The position numbers were made by a program, and so were the translations under genes. A stretch of DNA of 64,000 nt from Chiloscyllium plagiosum (lineage: Eukaryota), in NCBI RefSeq assembly GCF_004010195.1, contig NC_057755.1, positions 12,397,137 through 12,461,136 of the forward strand, given 5' to 3'. Positions 12,905 to 24,315 of the stretch are shown here, in pieces (the first letter of the stretch is position 1; each line of letters begins with the position of its first letter). The notes under the pieces are model-generated. The model had not been told where the DNA came from. It saw only the letters and a program-made list of their open reading frames with translations, and searched no databases.

Positions 12905-13138
12905 TTACAATACAGGTCTAAAAAGTACAATGGACATGCTAAGGAATCTGGGACTGGAGCCCTCTGAAGAAGATGGCATTGCTGTTAGACAAATTTGCAA
13001 AATTGTCTCACTTCGTTCAGCCACACTCTGTTCAGCCACTCTAGCTGTTATTCTGCAACATATCAAAAATAATAAGAAAATGAAGCGGCTTCGAACAACA
13101 GTGGGTGTTACTGGGACACTGTACAGAAAAAATATGCA
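12905..13138 (+). CDS. HKDC1: Hexokinase (HKDC1-like), exon 9 equivalent
   Basis: ttttgtcag|T...ATGCA|gtaagt; 234 bp, phase-compatible; YNTGLKSTMDMLRNLGLEPSEEDGIAVRQICKIVSLRSA...NKKMKRLRTTVGVTGTLYRKNMQ. Confidence 0.9.
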
Positions 13139-13289
13139 GTAAGTAACATACATCCAAAATCTTTGTCTCAATGTTGCTTCATAGCAGTTTTACTTTTCTT
13201 GATCACTATGTTGCTGAAGGTGCCAATGCTAGCTGGGATATGGTTTCTTGGGGTACAGTTCCCTGAGTACAATACCATGGGATTAAGTC

Positions 13290-13382
13290 TGAAACTTTAT
13301 TGCTGGAACAGCACAGCAGGTCAGGCAGCATCTAGGATAAAGTTTCAGCTTTGATCTCCAGCGTCTGCAGACCTCACTTTCT
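13290..13382. mobile_element. 93-bp Penelope-derived insertion with 15-bp TSD
   Basis: CCATGGGATTAAGTC at 13275..13289 and 13383..13397; internal inverted repeat TGAAACTTTAT/ATAAAGTTTCA. Confidence 0.75.
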
Positions 13383-14060
13383 CCATGGGATTAAGTCCCC
13401 TTGTATACAGTTCCATAGGTTGCAGTGCCCTGAAATATACCTCCTTGGGAGACAGTTTAATGGGGTGCGGTTCTCTGGGTTACAGTTCCCTGAAATATAT
13501 TTGCTGGGCTATATTCTGGTTAATCACATTATTAAATTTGTTAATGTCTTTATTTACAAGCAAAAGAAACTGGTAGTGGCTATTAATTCTCTGAGCTCCT
13601 CCAATTAGGGAAACACTTGTGTGGAATGAGAGGGACAAGACTGAGGAGGTCAATAAACACTCTCAGCAGCAGAAAAGATATATGTGGATCTTGATTTTAA
13701 TCTCACCAAACGGGTTTGGTATTTATTAACAATAGTAACAGAGGATGATTGCCTAAAGTTAGAGACAGAAGTTTGGAGTTAGTTTGAGTTAAAACGGCAA
13801 TAATCAAATGCAAGGTGTCAGATGTGATTTCCCACCAATGTTTTGTAAAGCTGGACCATACAATCTTTGGAAAGAAAAGTGGATATTTAGTTTTGGGTTA
13901 TGTTGTTACCAAAACAAAAGCAAGGTATGACTATGACACTGTGTCTTCCTATTAGAAGCAAGGTTAGATGTAAAGTATTTTCTGAGTTAGAGGGTCAGCA
14001 ATTGAACACTGAAGAAGGACTTGGGAATTTTGTATAAATATTATGGACAAAATTTATACG

Positions 14061-14255
14061 AAGGATGTGCTGGCTAGGTGAATTGGCCATGCTAAGTTGC
14101 CCATAGTGTTCAGGGATGTGTAGGTTAGATGCATTAGTCAGGGTTTAATATAGGATAATAAGATAGGGGAGTGGGGTTGGGTGCATTGCTCTTCGGAGAG
14201 TCAGTGTGGACTTGATGAGCCAAAGGACCTGTTTCTATGCTGTCAGAATTCTATG
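14061..14255 (+). mobile_element. HE1 SINE, 3' half
   Basis: GGTGAATTGGCCATGCTAA...GGACTTGATGAGCCAAAGG. Confidence 0.75.
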
Positions 14256-14451
14256 AGGGTCACTTTTTAAATGAGGCATAGTCAGACTTGGATAACTTTA
14301 GACACTTGGGTGGATATTCTTTAAGATAATATATAATTGAATTTAATGGCCTACATGTAATTTTGAAAAAAATCTACTTTCCTAAGCTAGTGTTTGCCTT
14401 TAATTTGATGGATTAGACCAGATGTGGAAGCCTTAACAAAAAAAAAGTCCT

Positions 14452-14770
14452 CAGACAGTGCCAGGGACCAAGGTTCAATTCCAGCCTCGGCCGACTGCCT
14501 GTGTGGAGTTTGCACATTCTCCCCGTGTCTGCGTGGGTTTCCTTCCGTGTGTTCCAGTTTCCTCCCACAATCCAAAGTTGTGCATGTTAGGTGAATTAGC
14601 CATCCTAAATTACCCATAGTGTTCAGGGAAGTGTAGGTTAGGTGTATTAGTCAGGGCAAATGTAGAGTAGTAGGGGAATGGGTTTGGGTGGGTTACTCTT
14701 CAGAGGGTCGGTGTGGATTTGTTGGGCCAAAAGGCCTGTTTGCACACTGCAAGGATTCTCCGATTCTATG
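14452..14770 (+). mobile_element. HE1 SINE, 5'-truncated
   Basis: B-box GGTTCAATTCC, core and tail. Confidence 0.85.
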
Positions 14771-14925
14771 AAAACATTCATTCCCAATGGTCTTCATGGC
14801 ACAAAAGGGGCATTGAGCAAAAGCACACAAAAGGGACTCAATGGGAGCAGCATTTTGAGAACTTCCAGAAAAGGGAACAAGCATCAATATGAAAGAAAGA
14901 ACCTGATCAAAGTGGGTTAGGTTAG

Positions 14926-15196
14926 AGAAACAAAAACAGAAATTGCTGGAGAAAGGTTGCAGACACCTTTGGCAGGTATGACAGGAAGTGGAGAAGAACA
15001 AGATAAGAATGAAATACAAACAGAAATTGCTGGTGAAACTCAGCAGGCCTGGCAGAATAAAAGAGGGGTCACCAGATTTGAAATGTTAACTGTGCTTTTT
15101 CCCCACAGATGCTGCCAAATCTGCAAGTTTTGCCAACTATTTGTGTTTTTATTTCAGATCTCCAGAATCCGCAGTTCTTTGTTTTGTTTTCAGATA
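14926..15196. mobile_element. Penelope-like inverted pLTR remnant
   Basis: CAGAAATTGCTGG...CTCAGCAGG arm and its decayed inverse; same family as 8945, 17560 and 57270. Confidence 0.55.
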
Positions 15197-15504
15197 AGAA
15201 TGAATCCTAGGAATGCCTGGGGAATGCTCAACTGATGGTTTACATGTGACTCAATATACCATCGTGCAATGAGTTGTCGGAAACAGAATAACAAGGATAC
15301 AAAACACAGAAGAGAACAGGGCAGTACTGATCAGGCAGAAGGATGTGTACTAGTCACAAGAAGCTTGAACCCAGTAGTGAATGTTCTAATTGCAAATATG
15401 TTCACTTGTGCTGTGGTACAGATGCACGTCAAAGGTGTGTAGAGTTGATTAGTTAAAATGTTACTGAGGATTCTCCAAATAATAAGATCCAAAGAAAGCC
15501 AATA

Positions 15505-15826
15505 GCAAGACCAGAATCAGTTGCCTATCCCTAACTGCCTCTGAACTGACGGCTTGCTAGGACATTGCAGAGATATTTAAGAGTCACCCACATTGCTATG
15601 TGTCTGGAGTCACATGTAGGCCAGACAAGGATGCAGATTTTCTTCTCCGAAGGACATTAGTGAGTGAGATGGGCATACTTTTACAACAATCAATGATAGC
15701 TTCATTGTCATCACTACTGAGACTAGGTTCCTATTCCAGATTTATTAAAATGTGGTAGGATTTGAATCTGAGTTCCTAAAACATTCACCTGGCCCTCCAG
15801 ATCACACATCTACTAACATTAACACT
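15505..15826 (-). mobile_element. Deu-domain SINE (SacSINE1-like), old
   Basis: Reverse complement matches 60110..60410 (CCCATCT..CACTAATGTCCTT..GGCCTACATGTGACTCCAGA) followed by a LINE-type tail. Confidence 0.7.
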
Positions 15827-17559
15827 TTACTGTCAGGACAAGAAATGAAGGTCCCATTATGGTAAACCAGAATAGCTCCAGAGTTGACTGTGAGCAAGTG
15901 ATCTTAATTGATCTTTGAATTTAAAAGCTGGGTTATTTGCCCCTTCCAGCTCTCCCTACCCATTCCTGACTTTGATGGTTTGCATTGCCCGTAATGAGCT
16001 TCGCATGTAAATGTCTAAGTGGCGACATAAGTGACTTCCTGGTGATGATTAATAGTTTAAAAATTGAATGGTGATTTGGTCATGGAAAAGCAGTTCAGTT
16101 GTGAACGATAAACTTTTGGAAAGAAAAAAAGAACAATAAAAAAGTGTTGGGTTTCCTGCATTCATGCCTTGGAGATGGAGCACGTAATGTACGTAATATT
16201 CTTGATACCTTTAGAGAAAGATAAGCACCGTAGGGTGTGGAATGCTTTATTTTCCCTTCCAATTCCGTTTTGATTTACCTCCTTCCTGCTTTCTCTACCT
16301 TCCCCTCACATTTTGATGGTCAGCATTGCCCTGAACAATATTTACATTTGAATATCCACAGTGTTTTAATGTGGTGTTTAATAGATAGAGAAAAAAAGGT
16401 CACGTTGCACGGTGATGGGAGAAACGGTACTTACCCCTCCCCAACCCCCCCAATGCTTCTCTTCCCCACCCATATCCCTGCCCCCAACCCTTCTCACCTT
16501 TGATTGTTTAAATCACCCTTAATGGGCTTTTCACATAAATGAATCAACTGGAAATGCAGGTGATTTACTGGTAGTATTTAATAGGAACAAAAGTACCATG
16601 CTGAAGTGGCTAAAAACGTGTGCAGCAGCACTTCTGGATATATTAAAAAAGAGTTGAGTTCCATCATCTACATTTCCCTTAATGGGCATTTTGCGTAAAT
16701 TGATCAATTGAAGAAAAAGAATGATTTACTGGTGGTGGCTAATGGCTAAATGTAAGAGCACTTCTAAATATAAAAAGGATGATGAATTCTCTGGGGGTGG
16801 GTGTTGTGACTCACAATACCCAGGTTCACATCCCACCTTGCACTAGATACATCTGAACAGGTTGATGTAAGATAAAAAAAAAGCTGGCACACACAATATC
16901 CACCAATGCTCTCAATATCTTTAGGGAGAGATAGGCACCGTAGGGGATACAGTGCGTTATCTCCTCTTCCAACTCCATTTTGATTCAGTGCCCTCCCTCT
17001 CTCCCTCACTACCAGGATGGGATTTGCATGTCAATTTGTAATTGAATCAGAAACATGAGTGGTTTTGTGGTGGAGGATGAGGGAGAAAGGTAAGATGAGT
17101 GGTCTGACGGTGGGAGAAAGAAGTGTTCAGTGGTGCATAAAAGCACTTCTGGAAATAAAGAGGACAAAGGCATTTCTGTGCAGAAGCCTGTGGCCCTGAG
17201 TCTTGGATTGAAGAGGAATTTGACAGTGAGTAGCAGGAAGTCCAAAACATAAACCACAGGGAACAGAAAGCTGTGTATAATTATTGCCCACATGAATCCC
17301 ACAACAAGTATAGGAATAGTCACCCTCTCAGGAAAGGCAACAGAAATTCTCCCAGTGATTCCTCACCACGGGTTTGAGGTGCATATAAAATTGGTGCGAT
17401 GGTTGTGAGAAGCATATTGGAATGGGTGTCCAGTACAACACAACCAAGAAAAAGTAAGGAACTACTACATAACCCCACCTCCAAGTTTTGGATGAAGTCC
17501 CATTTGTGTGTGAAGCACATTGAGATATCGACTGACCCAGCAAACGGTGACTGTGATAA

Positions 17560-17725
17560 TCAAACAAAGAACTGCAAATGCAAAGTGATGGAAAAATTCA
17601 GTCGGTCTGGCAGCATCTGTAGAGCAAAAACAGAGTTAATGTTTTCAGTCCAGCGACCCTTCTTCAGAACTGCAAGTTCAACTGCAACTCCTGCTGATTT
17701 TCTCCAGCACTTTATTTTAGTTTAC
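17560..17725 (-). mobile_element. Penelope-like pLTR remnant
   Basis: Minus strand CAGTT-CTGAAGA-A-GGGTC..GACT-GAAA..TT-AACT. Confidence 0.55.
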
Positions 17726-18254
17726 GATTATAGGATAGTGAGAGAAACATGGCTAGAAGAGGAGAGAAGAACAATGAACATTTCTTAACAGCTGAGTATG
17801 AAGAAAAGTTGGAGACAGATGCATGTATAAGCTGGAGAATGGAGTCAGTGACCAGGGAGGGGCTGAAGATTACCATTCTCACCCTGTCCAACATCCAGGA
17901 ATTGCAGCGTACCGGGAAAGTATCTTTCATTATTAGCATTCTAGTAAGAAATTCCAGGATGAGAAGATGCCCTGTGGATTGTTTAATTGTGCAACACGAT
18001 TCAAGACTGAATGTGGCAGGATTTCAGAGTCTTCTGATCTGTTGGTTGTGGAATCATTTGGCTCTATGCATCACTTGCTGCTTACGCCGCTTGGCATGCA
18101 AGGAACCCTATATTGTAGCTTCACTAGATTAGCACCTCATTTTTAGATATACCTTGCTCCTTGCATACTCCCCTGCAGTCTCTACTGAACTAGAGTGGAG
18201 ACAATGGTATGTGGTTGCAATATAGTTGCCATGAGTTTGAATATAATTTGCTGC

Positions 18255-18805
18255 TAGTGGTTGGACCATTTTTGGAATACTGCATTTACTTCTGGTCTTC
18301 CTGCTATAGGAAAGGCATTGTGAAACTTGAAAGGTAACAGAAAAGATTTACAATGATGTTGCCAGGTTTGGAGGGTTTGAGCCAAAGGGAGAGGCTAAAT
18401 AGGCTGGGGCTGTTTTCCCTGGAGCGTCAGAGGCTGAGGGGTGACCTTACAGAGGTTTATAAAATGATGTGGGGCCTTACTAGGGTGAATAGCCACGGTC
18501 TTTTTCCAAGTAAGGGAGTCTAAAACTAGAGGGCATAGATTTAGGGTAAGAGGGCAAAGATACAAAAGGGTCCCTAAGGACAACTTTTTCACACAGAGGG
18601 TGATGAGTGTATGGAATGAACTGCCAGAGGAAGTGGGGGAGGCTGGTATAATTATACCATTTAAAAGGTATCTGAACAGGTCCATGAATAGGAAAGGTTT
18701 AGAAGGATATGGGCCAAATACTGACAAATGGGACTAGATTAATTTAGGATATCTGGTCAGGATGGACGTGTTAGAGTGAAGGATCTGTTTCTGTATGACT
18801 CCATA
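18255..18805 (+). mobile_element. CR1 3' fragment
   Basis: LEYCIYFWS, FFTQRV; tail TATGACTCCAT. Confidence 0.85.
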
Positions 18806-20364
18806 ACCGTATGTCAAAAAAGGTGGAAGAGAAGGATGAAGCTCTTTGGAGTAACGCATCTCTCAGTACCCTACTGCTTCAGTATTCTAAGGAGGATTAT
18901 CACCTGTCTTCAGTTCTGAAATTCTACCTGAAATTCTTAGGAGGACAAGCAGAGAGTGAAACAGAAGGAAATCACCTCACGGTCCTGACTTGTATCGTCC
19001 TAAGTCACAGGTGGAGAGAAGGCTGGTGAGACCTTAAAAAAAAAACTAAATGCTGTAAATGAATAAAATATCAACAACAGGTCTGAAAATAGCCCAAATA
19101 AATTTGCTGCAAGTATTCTTGGAAAAATCCGATGGATATCGGAAAGCCTAAAACAGCACTTGCTTTTGGTCAGCAGAGAAATAGATTCCAGGCTGGAGAT
19201 CAGAAACAGATTTGATCAAAGCCATCGCGTTCCAGACCGTACAACTGAAGAGAGTACAGTAATTGAGGGAAGAAGCTGATGATTCCCTTCACTCTGAGGC
19301 AGTGATGGACTCTGAATGAGATGCTATCTCCACGTTGCAGATTATTCTGACACCAGTTGAAGCGCAGGTGTTTTCTGTGCTGTGCCTGTATGTAAATAAA
19401 TGCAGATATGTTTTTCTGATCCATAATTCTTTCAAAACATACATTTTGTCTTCAACCTGAGTATTTCTGTGGAAAAAAGAGCTAGAAGTTTGGGGTCTTC
19501 TGACAGATTGCAAGTGTCTCTACCTTTGTGAAGGAGGCCCAGCTCCATGGCTTACTTGCTCCACAGCTGTGTAAAACATTTCTGACCAGGTTGATTTTCT
19601 TTATTAAAAATAAGAGCTAGGTTCTTATATGAGAAGAAAGAATTGGGTTCTTGCTGAGTTGGGGTTTGATTTCTGGCATGGGAAAGGATACTAAAGGGAA
19701 AATGGGAAGTCATATTTGTGCTCAACTATAGATCACAATAAAACCTTTGTGAACCTCTAGAAATATTTTGTTTAGGGATATGTTACTTGGGGGTAAATGT
19801 AGAATAATAGGGTAGGGGAATGGGTTTGGGTGGAATATGTTCGGAGGGTTGGTGTGGACTTGTTGGGCCGAAGGGCTGTTTTCACACTGTAAGGATTCTA
19901 TGATAACTTGTTCAACATATCAATATTTATCTGTGAAAGATGTGACACTGGTCTCCCTGGCTTGGGAAAGAAATACAATTTGCTCCACTTTTTCTGAGTC
20001 CCTGAATGCCTTGCATACAGGGAAAAGGGCATTTATCAAGCCTAAGGTTTTAGAGAAACATGGTGAGTATTGTTTGAGGCCATCAGATATAAATTTTAAT
20101 CCAGGGTACATATATATATACATTATATTGACTCTGATTGTATATTTACAGAGTCTGAAATGCACACTGCATACATGTGGACATTTACAAGGAGCAGGTT
20201 ATGACACACAAGGGCATGACTGACTACAGCTACAGTGATACTGAAGAACAGGATAAGGATATTTGTTGGCACAAGTCACATATGTGCCAAAGGAGCAAGT
20301 GAATGGAGGGATACCACTATTATAGGTAGAGCAGGAAAAGACACCAACAAATACAAAAAAAAAC

Positions 20365-21470
20365 TAAAACAAGAACAAAGAACTGTACAGCACTAAAAGG
20401 ACCCTTTAACCCACCAAGCCTGTGCGGTCACATGATTCCCTTCTAAACTAAAAACATTTTGCCTCTATGTAGTCAACATACTTCTATTCCCTGCCTATTC
20501 ATGTATCTGTCAGAATGCCTCTTAAACGTTGCTATTATATCTGTTTCTACTACCTCCTCTGGCAGTGAATTCCAGACACTTACCATCCTCTGTGTAAAAA
20601 GCCCACCTCTCACGTCTCTTTTAAACTTTACCCTTTTTACCTTAACCGTCTGACTCCTAGTAATAGACGTTTCTACCCTGAAATAAACTCTGACTATCTA
20701 TTCTATCCATACCTCTTATCATTTTGTAAACTTCTATCAGGTTGCCCCTCAGCCTCTGATGTTCAAGTGAAAACAAACTAAGTTTATCCAATCTCTTATC
20801 ATAGCTGATATCCTGGTAAATGTTTTCTGAACCTTCTCCAAAAGCGTGCACATCCTTTTGGTCAAGTGGTGACTAGTGCTGCATGCAATACTCCAAACCT
20901 GGCCTAACTAAAGTTCTGTACACCTGCAACATGACTTACCAATTTTTATTCTCTGTGCCCCAGTTGATGTCATGCACCTTCTTGACCTTCTCCTCTTGTG
21001 TTACCACTTTCAGGGAACTATGGACCTATAAGCCTAAACACCTCTGTATGTTAATGCTATTAAGGGTTCTGCCATTTACTGTATACATCCCTCCTGCATT
21101 ACACCTTCCAAAAAACGTTACCTCACATTAATCTGGTTTAAAATCCATCTGCCATTTCTCAGTCCAAATCTCCAGCCTATCAATTTCCTGCTGTATCCTT
21201 TGGCAATCCTCCTCACTATCTGCATTCCAAACAACAAAGTTCTTGGCACTGATCCTGCAGAACAGCACTGGTCACAGATCTCCAGTCTGAAAAATCCCCT
21301 TCTACTGTTACTGTCTGTCTTCTATGATCATGTCAGTTCTACACTCCCATTAGCTGACCACAGATCCCATGTGTCCTCACCTTTTGTATCAGCCTGCCAA
21401 GATGGACCTTGTCAAAGGCCTTACCAAAGCCCGTGTGGACAACATCCACTGCCCCGCCCTCATCAATCAT
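20365..21470 (-). mobile_element. CR1 3' part, decayed
   Basis: RLDKLSLFSLEHQRLRGNLIEVYK; AFGKAFDKV-like RT segment. Confidence 0.8.
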
Positions 21471-21618
21471 CTAATCATCAAATGTGTAGAGAAGAAAGAA
21501 GGTAGGGACTTAGGATTGTTGTGGGAAGAATTGGAGTGGGAAAAGGTCCTGATCACAATTAATATTCTTTAAAGAAAGCAACTAGAGTACCGAATACTCT
21601 AGGTGTGATCTCATCAAT

Positions 21619-22526
21619 GTCAAAAAGTATGGCCCTGGAAAAGCACAACTGGTCAGGCAGCATCCAGGGAGCAGGAGAGTCAATCTTTCGAGCATAAGCT
21701 GTTCATCAGGAATGTGGAGGGGGAGGGACCAAGGGCAGGTGATAGGTCGGAGTGAAGTGTGGAGTGGGATAAGTGGGAAGGAAGATGGACTGGTGTCGTG
21801 TTGGAAGGTTGGATCTGGGATAAGGTTGGAGGAGGGGTGATGAGGAAACTGGTGAAATTGACATTGATTCTGTGTGATTGCAGGGTCCCAAGGCGGACGA
21901 TGAGGTGTTCTTCCAGGTGTCAGGTAGCTAGGATTCGGCGGTGGAGGAGGCCCAGGACTTGCGGAGTGGGAGGGGGAGTTGAACTGTTTGGCCACAGGGC
22001 GGTGGGGTTGTTTGTAAGGTGTGTCCCAGAGAATGTTCTCTGAAACATTCCGCAAGTGTCCTGTCTTCCCAATGTAGAGGAGACCACATGGAGAGCAACA
22101 GACACAATAGATGTGTTTGAAGGTGCAGGAAAATCTCTGCCAGGAAGGATCCTTTGGGGTCTTCAATGGAAGTGAGGGGGGAGGTGTGGGCACCTTTTGC
22201 GGTGGTAAGGGAAGGTGCTGGGACTGGAAGGTGGGTTGTTGGGGGTGGGGCAGTGTGGACCTAATGAGGGAGTCACAGAGGGAATGGCCTCTGCAGACCA
22301 CTCCAACCTATCATCATCACCCCCCACCTTCATCCACCTATTGCATTCCTAGCTACCTTCTCCTCAGCCCCACCCTCCTCCCATTTATCTCTCAGCCCCC
22401 TTGCCCTCCCCCACCTGATTAGAACTTATGCTCCTGCTTCTCGGATGCTGCCTGAATGGCTGTGCTTTTCCAGCACCATACGTTTTGACTCTGATGTCTA
22501 GCATCAGCAGTCCTCACTTTCTCCCA
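21619..22526 (-). mobile_element. Penelope-like element: GIY-YIG remnant with inverted pLTR and 14-bp TSD
   Basis: IYCVCCSPCGLLYIGKTG; TSD GTGATCTCATCAAT at 21605..21618 and 22527..22540. Confidence 0.8.
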
Positions 22527-22616
22527 GTGATCTCATCAATACCCTGTGCAACAACACTTGCATTCTTTTATACTCCATCCTCCTTGCAACAACTGCCAGT
22601 TACCTCCCAGTCCTTG

Positions 22617-22971
22617 ATTAGATTAGATTAGATTACATTACAGTATGGAAACAGGCCCTTCGGCCCAACAAGTCCACACCGACCCGCCGAAGCGAAACCC
22701 ACCCATACCCCCACATTTACCCCTTACCTAACACTACGGGCAATTTAGTATGGCCAATTCACCTGGCCCTGCACATCTTTGGACTGTGGGAGGAAACCGG
22801 AGCACCCGGAGGAAACCCACGCAGACATGGGGAGAACGTGCAAACTCCACACAGTCAGTCGCCTGAGGCGGGAATTGAACCCGGGTCTCTGGCGCTGTGA
22901 GGCAGTAGTGCTAACCACTGTGCCACCATGCCGCCCACACGGTGGCACAGTGGTTAGCACTACTGCCTCAC
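22617..22971 (-). mobile_element. Young full-length HE1 SINE with an inverted duplication of its 5' end
   Basis: (GATTA)n tail; head ends at 22935; inverted copy 22941..22971; TCCTTG flanks both ends. Confidence 0.92.
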
Positions 22972-23159
22972 TCCTTGTCTCGTATAAACTTTTTTTATGA
23001 CTCATGTACCAGGACATCCCGAGATAGAGTCAAGAGTCATTGGGCTTTCACTGGACTAACTATACTAATCCCACTTTATAGCACTTAGCCCATAGTCTTG
23101 AATATCATGATGTTTCAAGTGCTTACCCAAGTACTTTTTGAAGGTTGTAAGGTTAGTAG

Positions 23160-24315
23160 TGAGAGGGAAGGTCTCAAGTTAGAGGAAGATAGCAAGATTG
23201 GTCAGATGGGCAGATCAGTGGCAGTTTGTGTTTAATCCTAATAAATGTGAGGTGATGCATTTTGCAAGAACTAACAAGGAAGGGAGTACTCAATGAATGG
23301 CAGGACACAAGGAAGCTCAGAGGAACAAAGGGATCTTGGGGTGCTTGTCCACAGATCAATGAAAATGGCAGGACAGGTTAATAGGGTAGTTAAGAAGGCA
23401 CACAGGATGTTTGCCTTTACCAGTCAAGGTATAGTTTATAACAGCAGGAAAGTTATGTTGGAGCTGTACGGACTTTGGTTACGCCACAGCTAGAGTACTG
23501 TGTGCAGTTCTGGTCACTGCACGAAAGGAAGGATATGATTCTATTGGAATGGATGCAGAAGAGATTCACTAGGATATTGTCTGGGATTGAACATTTCAGC
23601 TATGAAGAGAGGCTGGATAAGCTTGGGTTTTCTTCGGAGAAGGTTGAAGGAAGACCTGATAGAGGTGTCCAAAATTGAGGGGCATGGATAGGGTGAAGGG
23701 TCAAGAACAAGGGAGCACACTTTTAAAGTGAAAGGTATGAAGTTTGGAATCCCTACAGTGTAGAAACAGGCCCTTCGGCCCAACAAGTCCACACCGACCC
23801 TCCAAAGAGTAACCCTATCCAGACCTATTCCCCTACATTTACTAATGCATCTAACCTACACATCCCTGAACACTATGGACAATTTAGCATGGCCAAGTCA
23901 CCTAACCTACACATCTTTGGGTTGTGCGAGGAAACTGGAGCACCCAGAGGAAACCCATGCAGTTATGGGGAGAACGTGTAAACTCCACATAGATAGTCAC
24001 CACAGGCTGGAATCGAACCCGGGTCCCTGGCACTATGAGCCACCATGCCACACCCAGGTTTAGATGGGATTTAAGAAAAATTACCTCATCCAGAAGGTGG
24101 TTGGAGTCTGGAATGCACTGTCTGGGGGGGTAGCTGAGGCAGGTAACCTCACAACCTTTAAAAAGTACTTGGATGAACACTTGAAGTATTATAACATTCA
24201 AGACAATGGGCCTTATACAGCAAAATGGGTCCAGTGTAGGTAGTAGTGTATTTTTGGTGGTAGTACAGACTCAATTGACTAAAGGGCCTTTTCTGTACTG
24301 TATGATTCTATGATT
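23160..24315 (+). mobile_element. CR1 3' part containing a minus-strand HE1 SINE
   Basis: QRDLGVLVHRS, PQLEYCVQFWS; tail TATGATTCTATGATT. Confidence 0.85.
23747..24049 (-). mobile_element. HE1 SINE nested in CR1
   Basis: Reverse-complement HE1 consensus. Confidence 0.85.

Noticed and set aside
12905..12915. Alternative acceptor TACAG 11 nt into exon 9
   Set aside because: It would shift the frame; the upstream AG gives the conserved 234-bp exon.
19205..19262. DLIKAIAFQTVQLKRVQ as a WH2-like motif
   Set aside because: Bounded by stops, with no splice signals or further similarity.
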